From Octopus vulgaris (lineage: Eukaryota): a stretch of DNA of 64,000 bases. The position numbers and the translations under genes are program-made. The notes beneath the pieces are model-generated. The model searched no databases and was not told the origin of the DNA. It worked only from the letters and a program-made list of their open reading frames with translations. Below, in pieces: positions 1 through 11,394 of this stretch (within the stretch, counting starts at the first letter, position 1; the number at the start of each line of letters is the position of its first letter). The DNA lies in NCBI GenBank assembly GCA_951406725.2, contig OX597831.1, positions 70,308,001-70,372,000 of the forward strand, given 5' to 3'.

Positions 1-372
1 AGAGAGTACAAGCTTCTGTACATTCTGTAAATTCTACTCAATTTGCAATGTTCAAGCAAAAGCTCAAAGCTCAGTGAGCTACACACCGGTTTCAGACCTG
101 GAATTAGATGGTTATAAAATTAAAGCACACTTCTTAGTCTGACAGTCACTCCTGCATATATTATCAGTCAATCATTCACACGCATATGTTGAATTTAATT
201 CAGGAGGCAACCTGTCTCCCCAGCAGAATCATACGATATTGTCTCTAATTAGGGAAGTAATACTTACCAGTTCACAAGTGGGAAAAAGAAAAAAATCTAA
301 TACTTTGAACAGGACATTTTTGTTGGTGTAAATTTTATTAAATTACAGACCATCATTATTTTTCTTGAACAC

Positions 373-499
373 GACTTATTCTTTATAAGCCCAGTACTTA
401 TTCTATCGGTCTCTTTTGCCGAACCGCTAAGTGACGGGGACATAAACACACCAGCATCGGTTGTCAAGCAATGCTAGGGGGACAAACACAGACACACAA

Positions 500-534
<35 letters not shown>

Positions 535-706
535 CATATATACGACAGGCTTCTTTCAGTTTCTGTCTACCAAATCCACTCACAAGGCATTGGTCAGCCT
601 GGGGCTATAGCAGAAGACACTTGCCCAAGATGCCACGCAGTGGGACTGAACCCAGAACCATGTGGTTGATTAGCAAGCTACTTACCACACAGCCACTCCT
701 GTGCCT
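373..706 (-). mobile_element. tRNA-derived SINE family A, 3'-truncated
   Basis: Reverse complement of the GGCGCAGGAGTGGCTGTGTGGTAAG...GGTTCAGTCCC head (A/B boxes) with internal (TA)/(TG) tract; about 18 near-identical copies in the window. Confidence 0.9.
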
Positions 707-1207
707 ACATTGGAAGTGATGTCCAATGGATCGGGTTTGCTTACCTCTACTGACCATTCATATTTAGTGTCCATTTAGCAGTACCATAAAGCTTTCTGTC
801 GTAAAAAAGAAACATTTTGTTGCCAGTTATAACTGGCAGCTCTTTAAACTTCTTCCATTCTCTCTTTACTCTAACTGCTATGCTTTCAACTAAACTAATT
901 CCTGCACTAATTAAATCGCATTTTTGAAAGAAACTATCGACTACACTTTTGCAAGCTATCTTTGAAGTTGATAGACATCTTTTCAGAATCTGTTTATAGT
1001 GATTTTTACTGCTAACTAATCTTGTGCTTGTATCATGCCTAAAGTTCCACTATTTTTGTCAGCTTCCAGAGATCCTACAGCACCATTAGTCTACACATTG
1101 CTTGCACCAGACACATAGTACATTCCTTTTTGCTTTCCAGATATATCATACCTAAAGTCTTAATAATATTTTTTTTTGTCAGCTTCCAGAGATCCTAAAA
1201 CACTATT

Positions 1208-1456
1208 AATCATTTTCCTATAGAATTCCTATAGATTTCCTATAGAAGTTATAGCTACCACTGATTTGTTACGAAGTTTCATATCTGAATACACCTGAAT
1301 GTAAACAACAAGGTGATCAAAGATGGAGAAATGGTTAATGGATGTATATGCCATATTTCCATCTTTGATTACAGTGTTGATATGAAATGCCATATCAAAT
1401 TAGTGTTGGCTATAATTTCTATAGGAAATCTGTAGAGATAACCTTAGAAAGTGATT
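1208..1456. mobile_element. Fold-back/MITE-like imperfect palindrome
   Basis: CTATAGATTTCCTATAGAAGTTATAGCTACCACTGATTTG (1229-1268) pairs with CAAATTAGTGTTGGCTATAATTTCTATAGGAAATCTGTAG (1396-1435); inner arms GATCAAAGATGG / CCATCTTTGATT. Confidence 0.7.
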
Positions 1457-1880
1457 TAAAAATATTACTATATACTTTGAATTTACTTCGTAATGTATTA
1501 GGGTTGCATAACGAAATATGATGTCCCTACAAGTCAATGACACTATTCATCTACACACTTTTGGCCCTAAATGCATAGTACCTGCCTTTTCTCTTCCTAC
1601 ATGCTAAGTAGTTTCTCTTTTCAAGAATCACTAGTATCTTAGTCTATTTCACTAAGGGAGCACTTTGCTCTTCACCCTGCTAGACTTTTAGGCTATTGGA
1701 TTCCTGAACAAGCGTTTTGCTTTGAATTTTTTCTACAGTTCTTCAACAGATTCTGCTTTGAAAGCCAAGTCAGCATTGTATATATATATAGGGAGATTTT
1801 ACGAAAAAAACAAAAGACAAAGACAGGTGGTGTACAAAACAAACAGATGTATTAGTATAATGCTCAGGAATAGAAAAAGT

Positions 1881-1916
1881 CTTTTACATTTCGAGCCTAC
1901 GCTCTTCTACAGAAAG
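1881..1916 (-). ncRNA. Minimal type-I hammerhead-like motif (A6U core, extra 9b A) in a small (TA)n-flanked element at ~1790-1975
   Basis: Minus strand: CUUU-CUGUAGA-A-GAGC(GUAG)GCUC-GAA-AUGU-A-AAAG; stems I and II pair perfectly; stem III is one base off the ACGU palindrome. Confidence 0.55.
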
Positions 1917-2059
1917 GGACACGGAAAAACAAGGAGAGAAAAAAATGTGTGTAGTGGCTAACGATCTATCATGTCAAATAGTGCCGGACATAAATTGATC
2001 CGATTCATTAGCAGAATAAAAGAACGTTGAGAGCAGCACACTAGCGAAAAAATGCGTGT

Positions 2060-2330
2060 TCTTTAAATTCCTTTTTAAACTTACTACCATTCCTTAGTTA
2101 GCTAAGACATGAACACTAAATAAAAGAGCAAAGGAACATGTCAAAGGTTTTGTCCATATTAGCAAATACAAAGCAATATGGTTTATTGCTAGCAAAAAAT
2201 TTCTTTTAACCTTCTTAGAAATATGTCCATTGTGTGTTACACTGGCACAAACTCAAACTGAATTCGTCTTGTATTAACTTTACTAAAACTTCTTACCTTC
2301 TGGTTAAAACTTATTCTTTTAGTTTGAGAT
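2060..2330 (-). pseudogene. Heavily decayed RTE-type LINE RT fragment
   Basis: Minus-strand translation FFASNKPYCFVFANMDKTFD resembles RTE YLAKNKPLYxAFVDxEKAFD. Confidence 0.45.
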
Positions 2331-3407
2331 CCTCTTTGATAGATTGTCTCTTAGTGTCACTTTTTCTTTTTAGTGCAGTTCGTGTTGGTGTTATTACTAA
2401 TACGCCAGCTTTTGAGGATAGGACCTTTCTGAGCCACCCGATCAAATTCTTACCTTCCCCATTGTCACATTCCCAATTGTCTTAATCACTTTGACTGTAA
2501 TCTTAATATCTGTTATCTCCGTTGATTCCTCTTTATTTAAGTTGAGGTGTTTTTGGTAGAACCATGTAAGTTATATTAATAGCACATCCTTAATTTTAGT
2601 TTTACCACTATCAATCCTGTGCAGAGTAATTGGCTAAGAGATTGTCAGTTCATATCCTGATAGCAGCCATTGCATTGTGTCCAGAGCTAGGACCTTACCT
2701 TTGAACAATCCTGTTCATCTACTTATATATAAGTATTACAGAAGCAGGGCTAAAAAAATTTGCATAGATTTCTTAATTTAGATATCAGATAATTCTGCAA
2801 GTCTGGGTCTTGATAAAAAAGAACCAACTAATAACACAACCTTCATTTTAATCGTATATCCATTAACATCCCACAAGGAAATCAAAACTAAATGAAGCAC
2901 AATAATACTTATTTGATTGCTATATGAAAGTTCAGCACTAATATTTCTTTTATTCTTACTGCTTAACCAAAGAAGGAAGGGCATTTCCCTTGGTCCTGTA
3001 TTTTTCAGGGATTTTAAGACATGTGGAAAGAAAGGGAGGAAGTTATCTGCAAATCAAAGACATGGCCATAATTCTTGCATCAGACTGGCCTGAATTCTTG
3101 CATAGAAATAAAGAGACCCCATGGTGGTACTAAACATTACCAACCATGAATGCAAATTGCAAAAAGCCACAACAAATATCTCAAGACACCTCATCCAACA
3201 CTCTAAGAATTATTTTAGTCCACCATTAAGTATTTTATCTCCAAGTCCAGAGATTCAGAAGAAACATCAAACAATTCTGCCAATCCATTGGATAGAAAGG
3301 TTTCTGTGAGATTACACTGGATTAGAGAATTCTAACAAACTGTATCCTATGAGAGTGCTTGATCACAGAGCTCTCAAATCTTCTTCGCATAAATTTCTAT
3401 ACATATT

Positions 3408-3548
3408 TCGACCCCAGTGTTTCACTAGTACTTAATTTGTCGACCCTGAAGGAATGAAAGGCAAAGTCATACTCGGTGGCATTTGAACATAAAGTGGGAT
3501 AAGATGTTGCTATGCATTTTGCTCAGCATGCTAACAATTCTGCCTGAT
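3408..3548 (-). mobile_element. SINE family B, diverged
   Basis: CGACCCCAGTG...GAATGAAAGGCAAAGTC matches the reverse complement of the family B copy at 35101. Confidence 0.75.
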
Positions 3549-3558
3549 CACCATCTTA

Positions 3559-3602
<44 letters not shown>

Positions 3603-3638
3603 TAATAATGATGATGATGGTGGTGGTGATGGTGGTGG

Positions 3639-3684
<46 letters not shown>

Positions 3685-3700
3685 AACAACAGCAATAACA
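3559..3700. repeat. Compound (AAT)/(GAT)/(GGT) microsatellite
   Basis: Visible trinucleotide tracts. Confidence 0.95.
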
Positions 3701-3998
3701 ATCGTTGTGAAGGGCAGGTGTATCAGTGCTCTTCAGGCACATATTGGTGATTCAAATATTTAGTAAATTAACAAAGTGGAGGAAATTATATAAGACATTC
3801 CTGCCTTGAGTCCAATTTCCTATCCTTTGAGATTGTCAAATCAGTAAGAAAGGAGGAAATTTGCTAAATCATGGCAAAGATATATATATAGCAACACAAT
3901 AATAAATATGACAAGAGCATTAGAAAACCTTTGGCAATTCAATCTTCTGGAAGGTTTCCTGCAGATAAGAATCAGTTTTGTCCACACATGCACACACA

Positions 3999-4049
<51 letters not shown>

Positions 4050-4149
4050 TCACACACACACACATACACACGCACACACATATATACACACACACACATA
4101 CATGTGAGTATGAGTAAAACGAAGTCCTAAAAGCATATCATTAATGGCT

Positions 4150-5044
4150 TTATCCCAGCACCTGATCTGTACCTGTCAAGCTTTGTCAGGCACTGCAGTT
4201 CTTTGAGAGCAGACCAATACATTCCTTCCCCATTCCTGTACTACCAGTTATCCCTCTCCTTGAGACCACTTCCTTTTTCGTTCATCTTACACTCCCAACA
4301 TCATCCCATACCACTTTATTTTCCAATGAATGCCTCTTTTCCCTGAATGCCCTCTCATATTTGCCATTAATGTCCTCCTCACCCACTACTTTTATGGTCC
4401 CCCCTACATCCACTCCTACATGTCTCTGATCTCTGTCTTCATCTCTGTGAGTCTTCACTCTCCCTCTTTCTCACCTGTCTACAGTTTTGTATTATTGTTT
4501 CTCCCTACTCCTCCTCCCACTTTTATGCATTGCCACCTATCACCTCCTCCTCCCTCACCCACTCATATTTTCCTTTACCTTCTCTAGAACTGAGATCCAC
4601 AATGACCACACTTCAATCTATGCTCATCATTCACTGCTTTCACCTCTATCCTCATCTAGAACCTTCTGTCACGCTCCTTTTTATCCTCTTGCAAATCTAT
4701 CCACCCAGCCACCCTCAGTTCTCTCTTTATATACCTCCTCATACTTTGAGGGAACACCTTGACATGTAGTAACTAAGATCCTTTTGCTCTCTCCTCCTGG
4801 GGTAACTGTGTACCTCCACAGCAGCAAGACACCTGTTCCTGTCAAGCACAGAGCTACATATCTCAACACTGCATCCCCACTCTAATCAGTTGGGGTCTTG
4901 TAAGGTCTTGAAAACCTCAGTACTGCCAGTACCATAGAAAAAGGACCCAGTACACTCAGTAAAGTGGTTGGTGTTAGGAAGAGCCATCCAGTCTATGCCA
5001 GCATGGAAAATGGAAAACAGATGTAATGTAAAACAGCAATGATA

Positions 5045-5075
<31 letters not shown>
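4150..5075 (+). mobile_element. RTE-like 3' UTR/tail fragment ending in (GAT)n
   Basis: CT-rich UTR followed by GTGGTTGGTGTTAGGAAG...CATGGAAAA...(GAT)n, the same tail as the RTE element at 11395. Confidence 0.6.
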
Positions 5076-5076
<1 letters not shown>

Positions 5077-5085
5077 ATATATATA

Positions 5086-5466
5086 GGTGCAGGAGTGGCT
5101 GTGTGGTAAGTAGCTTGCTTACCAACCACATGGTTCGGGTTCATTCCCACTGCATGGCACCTTGAGCAAGTGTCTTCTACTATAGCCTTGGTAGACAGAA
5201 ACCGAGAGAAGCCCGTCGTATATATGTATATATGTATGTATGTGTGTGTATATGTTTGTGTGTCTGTGTTTGTCCCACAACATTGCTTGACAACCGATGG
5301 TGGTGTGTTTACATCCCCGTAACTTAGCGGTTCAGCAAAAGAGACCATTAGAATAAGTACTAGGTTTACAAAGAATAAGTCCTGGGGTCGATTTGCTCGA
5401 CTAAAGGTGGTGCTCCAGCATGGCTGCAGTCAAATGACTGAAACAAGTAAATGAGAAATAAAAGAG
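5086..5466 (+). mobile_element. SINE family A
   Basis: Full head-to-tail match. Confidence 0.9.
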
Positions 5467-5488
5467 AAAATATATATATATATATATA

Positions 5489-5881
5489 GGCGCAGGAGTG
5501 GCTGTGTGGTAAGCAGCTTGTTTACCAACCACATGGTTCCAGGTTCAGTCCCACTGCGTGGCATCTTGGGAAAGTGTCTTCTGCTATAGCCCTGGGCCGA
5601 CCAATGCCATGTGAGTGGATTTGGTAGACGGAAACTGAAAGAAGCCTGTCGTATATATGTATGTATATATATATATGTGTTTGTGTGTCTGTGTTTGTCC
5701 CCCTAGTGTTGCTTGACAACCAATGCTGGTGTGTTTACGTCCCCGTCACTCAGCGGTTCGGCAAAAGAGACCGATAGAATAAGTACTGGGCTTACAAAGA
5801 ATAAGTCCCGGGGTCGATTTGCTCGACTAAAGGCGGCGCTCCAGCATGGCTGCAGTCAAATGACTGAAACAAGTAAAAGAG
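5489..5881 (+). mobile_element. SINE family A, tandem to the previous copy across a (TA)n tract
   Basis: Full match ending GAAACAAGTAAAAGAG. Confidence 0.92.
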
Positions 5882-6961
5882 TATATAATAGTTAAATGTG
5901 ATCTTGAATACAGACATTGCTATTTATATTTCAAGAAACCAACACAATTCCATAGTATATTGTAAAACATATAAAAAAAAAAACCAAGAACTCAAACACA
6001 AACACTAAACTAACGTGGTTCCTACATTTGCTCAGTAGTGATTCATTAAAAGCTATTAAGTAATTTAGGTTAAAAAAAGGAAATAATTTTCATAAAATGT
6101 GTTTATCACTTAAAAATCATCCAAGATTGATTTCAACATCAGATTCTTTAAATAATTCCAGCCATCAGTAGACCATCTTCTTCATTTAAACTCACAGTGG
6201 AGTCTATACTTTTATCTTGAACACTGCACAACAGGTTATCTTTCATTCCATCTTGGAAACGGAAGATAACTTTTTACAATCTTACATCAATTATTGATGC
6301 CAGTCTTGAAAAAGCTCTTGAAAACCATTTGTTAAGTAGAGAATTCAAAGCAACATTAAACTTTGTAGCAGTAGTAGTAAAGTTAGGTTTTTCTAAATGA
6401 CCTCCCATTATTTTGTTTTGAATTTCATGAGAAAACATCCATGATATCCTTTGCTTCTTGAACTCTCTTTTCCTATCCATAGCTTCATTATAAAGTGTAT
6501 ACTAAAGACTTTTACTACAAGCATACATCAGTAATATTTTGAAGTGTTATTTTCTTAAATTGAATAATCACTTTTAAACAACAGAGAGTAAAATCACACA
6601 CCACCAGTGTTCTGTTAACAATTGCTTTGGGATGTATTCATTGCACATATAAAGTTACATGACTGCAGGCAATGAGATGTGTACATTAGATTAGAAAAGT
6701 CTCAGTTGCTACTTTCTGCATCTTTGTTTTTGCAGGCTTGTCATTGCATCTCTCCAGTCTAGCTATATATTTCTTTCTTATTCATTTGTTTATTTTATAC
6801 TCAAGTGTAATTCCACTTCTTACTGTTGACGAATTCTTTTGATATTAAATCACTCCATCGGTTATGAGAGTGAGAATTCCAGTTGATCTGATCAACAGAA
6901 CAGCCTGCTTGTGAAATGAATGTACAAGTGGCTGAGTTCTCCACAGACACGTGTACCCTTA

Positions 6962-7407
6962 GGAAGCCAGAAATTGAGATTGTTGAAGTCATAGAAATTG
7001 TCTTGCAAACACTTCTGACTCTTTCCAAGGAGCCGAATCCTGCTGCCACACATATGACTTTCCAGCAGCAACCTTCTCCAGCCAGGGCTTGACCACAGTC
7101 TCCAGAAGCTTCACACAGCTGTCTGAATTAAATCTTAGGCCCTGTTCAAAGATCTAAGGCAGCAAGACAACATTCACACTGAAGATACAGTCAGTGACCA
7201 TCACAGTTTAAGGGAAATTGATTTTTGTGATATATAGGCGCAGGAGTGGCTGTGTGGTAAGTAGCTTGCTAACCAACCACATGGTTCTGGGTTCAGTCCC
7301 ACTGTGTGACATCTTGGGCAAGTGTCTTCTACTATAGCCCCAGGCCGACCAATGCCTTGTGAGTGGATTTGGTAGACGGAAACTGAAAGAAGCCTGTCGT
7401 ATATATG

Positions 7408-7440
<33 letters not shown>

Positions 7441-8325
7441 TTGTGTGTCTGTGTTTGTCCCCCTAGCATTGCTTGACAACCTATGCTGGTGTGTTTACGT
7501 CCCCGTCACTTAGCAGTTCGTCAAAAGAGACCGATAGAATAAGTACTGGGCTTACAAAGAATAAGTCCCGGGGTCAATTTGCTCGACTAAAGGTGGTGCT
7601 CCAGCATGGCCACAGTCAAATGACTGAAACAAGTAAAAGAGTAAAAGAGTAAAGAGAGTAATAGGATACCACATGGATTGTAGGCAAGGGACCTGTTTTG
7701 CAAGATGTTGTGCAACTGGTCCTGGAAAAAATGTCTTTTTTTTAATATGTGAAGAACCAGATCATCTCCAGCTCAGCAAGAAGCCTAAGCTTGTTCAGGA
7801 ACTTCTTTGCCTTTGTCAAGCAGTTCTCTTTGGCTCTTTCACCTCTTGTACAGGTGGTAGTGAAGGTGCACTTTTAAAGCCAACTTCATGTTAGTGACTC
7901 CAACGCCCATCTCTCTCACAAAAACCTGGATTCCCTTGCTTGGATCTTCCATCACCTTTCCCTGCAGTTGTTAGATGAATTCTGGTGTGCAGATGCAGTC
8001 AAAACAACTGCTGTGTCTCTTCCTGCTGGCCACAGCTTTGTAATCCCCACTGCAGTTGTCCATGTCATGTTTTATAACCTTGGCAGCACTCACAGAGCAT
8101 TGAACTGCAGTCGTGATGTTGACAGTTTGATACTCAGCAGGAATAAGCTAACACTTTCCCAATACTCAGATGGCTTCCAGTCCTCCATATCTGCCACTTT
8201 TTTCTCAACTACTACTCGAACGTTTATGCTCTCCAACACTGTTGACTCTTTTCTAAATACATCCATGCCATCCCTGATAAAAAGAAGACATGAAAAATTA
8301 TCAAATTTAACCCAAACATCCTCAG
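6962..8325 (-). mobile_element. Decayed Tc1/mariner-superfamily transposase (DD37D/maT-like), interrupted by a SINE
   Basis: Minus-strand translation IFEQGLRFNSDSCVKLLETVVKPWLEKVAAGKSYVWQQDSAP (~7035-7155); possible N-terminus MEDWKPSEYW near 8190. Confidence 0.7.
7237..7660 (+). mobile_element. SINE family A
   Basis: Full match with (GTAAAAGA)n tail. Confidence 0.92.
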
Positions 8326-8396
8326 TGTGTGTGTGTGTATGTGTGTGTATGTGTATTTGTGTGTGTGCTTGTGTATGTGTGTGTTTGTGTGTGTTT

Positions 8397-8457
<61 letters not shown>

Positions 8458-8494
8458 TGTGGTTGTGTGTGTGTGTGTTTGTGTGTTCTGTGTG

Positions 8495-8554
<60 letters not shown>

Positions 8555-8645
8555 TGTGTGTGTTTGTGTGTTTTTGTATGTGTGTGTGTGCTTGTGTGTG
8601 TTTGTGTTTGTGTTTGTGTGTGTGTGCGTGCGTGTGTGTGTGCGT
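8325..8645. repeat. Long imperfect (TG)n microsatellite
   Basis: Visible dinucleotide tract. Confidence 0.95.
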
Positions 8646-9274
8646 ATACTCATGCATTTACAAATACATTTTACCTTCCCTTACAATGTTTGTCCTTGTG
8701 TCTGTATTCGAAATTTATGCCCCTGTTTCCATATTAAAAATCTGTGACCTTCCCATCATATTAGAATTCACTATTCAAATTTGCTGAACTGTTAATTTAG
8801 CTTTTAGAATGTTTTTACCAGAGTTATATTTATACATTATTTTGATCAGTTTGATCTCTGATCTTTATCAAATATTTTATCCTTTGATATGGTTAGTCTG
8901 TTGCATGGTGTATAAGCTTATCACTGCATTTCGAATTGGTTTGATAAAGGTATTATATCTATAAATATTGTAAAATATTTATATAAACTGGTGATTAATA
9001 ATCCAGAAAATTATAATCTTATGTCAGACATTTTGACTTTTGGCCAACTACTGACAGAGATGCTGCTGTTGAACCTCATGTCCATGCTGATGAGCAGGAC
9101 ACTGACCAGAAGTAGTTCAGCCATAATCTTCACTTTGAAGCAACCAATTTACAAATCACTATGTCCTTTTGTCGTTTTCATATTCTGAGTTTGTGATATT
9201 GTCTAAGATGCCACTTGTGATAGAATCTGTTGAGACAATATTTCAATAATAGAAGTCTGTGTTGCTTGTAGAAG

Positions 9275-9452
9275 AATAGGTAACATGTGTCTCCTCCTAA
9301 TGAGACGATATTTCATCCAAAAATTAATGTTGATACCAGTAATACTTGAAGACATTTATCAATGTCAATAGGTAACATGTGTCTCCTCCTAATGAGACGA
9401 TATTTCATCCAAAAATTAATGTTGATACCAGTAATACTTGAAGACATTTATC
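9275..9452. repeat. Tandem duplication, two identical 86-bp units (period 92)
   Basis: AATAGGTAACATGTGTCTCC...GAAGACATTTATC at 9275-9360 and 9367-9452. Confidence 0.9.
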
Positions 9453-10097
9453 GATGCTTTATCAATGAGAATTAAATTGTGATATCTTAGGAAGTGAACT
9501 TGCTCGTATCAATTAAGAGTATTGATTGTTAAAATATGGTACATGTTGTCATATGACCTAACAGTAGTGATGCACCAGTAACAGCCCATGTAGCACGTGA
9601 CACATTAAGGTTCTTGTTCCTCAGAACCAAAAATATAATATTCATTAAATAAGTTTTACCACATACTCCTGAATCTTTGATATAAAAGAGACTGCATTCC
9701 AAACTCAATTCTCTTCTCTTCTTTTCAACTGCATTTATCACCACATTATTCAAATTAGTTGAATTAACTTAATAACATTAAAGTTCTCATTCGTTCATGT
9801 TCTTAAATCATCCCTGAAGTTCTGGTCATCCTACTTTCTGGCAACTCCTTCCATTTTAGATTAAAATTTGATTTATTGAATGAAGGGATGAGTGTTCTGC
9901 TTTGCTTTGCTGTCTTTTTATGCCAAAAAAAAAAATGAAGAAAAATTCTGGAATCATTTGTATTGTAAAAGAGTTCCAAAGCTGAATTGCATTTTGAGCA
10001 TTACAAAATGCACAAACAGCTGCAAACATTACTCTAAGATATAATGGCATCTTAAATATTGAAGTTTCCTCTAAAAATGGTATTAGAAATATCATTA

Positions 10098-10505
10098 TAC
10101 TCTTTTACTCTTTTACCTGTTTCAGTCATTTGACTGTGGCCATGCTGGAGCACCACCTTTAGTCGAGCAAATCGACCCCGGGACTTATTCTTTGTAAGCC
10201 TAGTACTTATTCTATCAGTCTCTTTTGCCGAACCGCTAAGTGACGGGGATGAAAACACACCAGCATAGGTTGTCAAGCAATGCTAGGGGGACAAACACAG
10301 ACACACAAACATATACACACACATACATATATATATACATATATACGACAGGCTTCTTTCAGTTTCCGTCTACCAAATCCACTCACAAGGCATTGGTCGG
10401 CCCGGGGCTATAGCAGAAGACACTTGCCCAAGATGCCACGCAGTAGGACTGAACCCAGGACCATGTGATTGGTTAGCAAGCTACTTACCACACAGCCACT
10501 CCTGC
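10098..10505 (-). mobile_element. SINE family A
   Basis: Full reverse-complement match. Confidence 0.92.
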
Positions 10506-10692
10506 AGGGCATTATGAAATTGTTTTCCTATAATCATTACTGTAGGTAAGCTATTTTAAAGTTGGTATATTTTCTCCTTGAATGATTCTTAGTTCTTCAG
10601 TTTTTGCTCCAGAAATCTAAAATAGAATAGGTGCAGATAAAATTCCTGGGGAGTTTTGAATTTCACTAAATGCATGGGGAAAATAATATAAT

Positions 10693-10909
10693 CCTTTCTA
10701 CTCTAGGCACAAGGCCTGAAAAATCTTGGTGGAGGGAGCCAGTTGATTAGATTGACCCCAGTACACAACTGGTACGTAATTTATCGACCCTGAAAGGAAG
10801 AAAGACAAAGTCAACCTCGGCGGAATTTGAACTCAGAACGTAAAAACAGACGAAATACTACTAAGCATTTTACCTGGCGTGCCAACATTTCTTGTCATCT
10901 CACTGCCTT
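10693..10909 (-). mobile_element. SINE family B variant with 16-bp TSD
   Basis: GGGAAAATAATATAAT at 10677-10692 and 10910-10925 flanks the SINE B core. Confidence 0.85.
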
Positions 10910-11394
10910 GGGAAAATAATATAATGCTTTCTTTGTCTGACAGCTCTTTTGGGAGGTGGGGTGTGGTGGCAGGTATATTGTTAAGGAATTTCAGTGTATA
11001 GGTGTATAAGTACTGATGTAAATTTTCATTTTCATTATTAAATTTGAATCGTATAGTGAGATGTGTGTCTTGATGGTGCTGAGCATCTGCTGATTATGTT
11101 GCTAATAAATAAACACTTCGTTGGTGTGAGACATGCTATGTATTTTATGCGAAGATAACCTCCATATAGCTTTAAAAGGTGAGGTATACCTACAGGACAG
11201 ATAGAATGTAATTTCATCATATTTAAATAATTGATTTTGCCATTCACTTATAATGACATAGTTGGTTATTTCAAATTTATTATTTCAATAGTCATGACAT
11301 ATTTAAAATCTTCGGACATATTGGAAACGATGTCTTATACTTTTAACAGTTGAAACAAATCTTATTTCCAAACTTATATATATTCATAAAGGCA

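Larger units (their letters stand above)
9125..11335 (-). mobile_element. Decayed Helitron RepHel remnant (end of Rep region plus PIF1-like helicase), interrupted by two SINEs
   Basis: Minus-strand motifs in the expected order: YDEITFYLSCRYTSPFKAIWRL (~11160-11225), EELRIIQGENIPTLK (~10555-10600), LEETSIFKMPLYLRVMFAAVCAFC, Walker A FYIKDSGVCGKTYL, TWAVTGASLL, ILIDKAS, QNMK...NWLLQ. Confidence 0.85.

Noticed and set aside
80-150. Minus-strand GAAACCGGT palindrome
   Set aside because: No CUGANGA-like core and G at the cleavage position
255-275. Isolated splice-donor-like sites (also ~51115 and ~55715) suggesting host exons on the minus strand
   Set aside because: No acceptor-bounded open frame with recognisable protein; the latter two lie in decayed retroelement-like sequence
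471-719. Recurrent ORFs starting MLGGQTQTH, MSSNARGTN or MTTNAGVF
   Set aside because: Chance translations of SINE A in different frames, not a gene family
5489-5565. tRNA gene at the SINE heads
   Set aside because: A/B boxes are present but there is no complete cloverleaf; the sequence is the SINE 5' end
7968-8787. Long CV/HT/YI-rich ORFs (also at 13.2-13.7, 32-33, 59.5 and 63.6 kb)
   Set aside because: Stop-free microsatellite frames
9080-9125. CTGATGAG resembling a hammerhead core (similar at 48325 and 57756)
   Set aside because: No stem II followed by GAAA and no stem I partner
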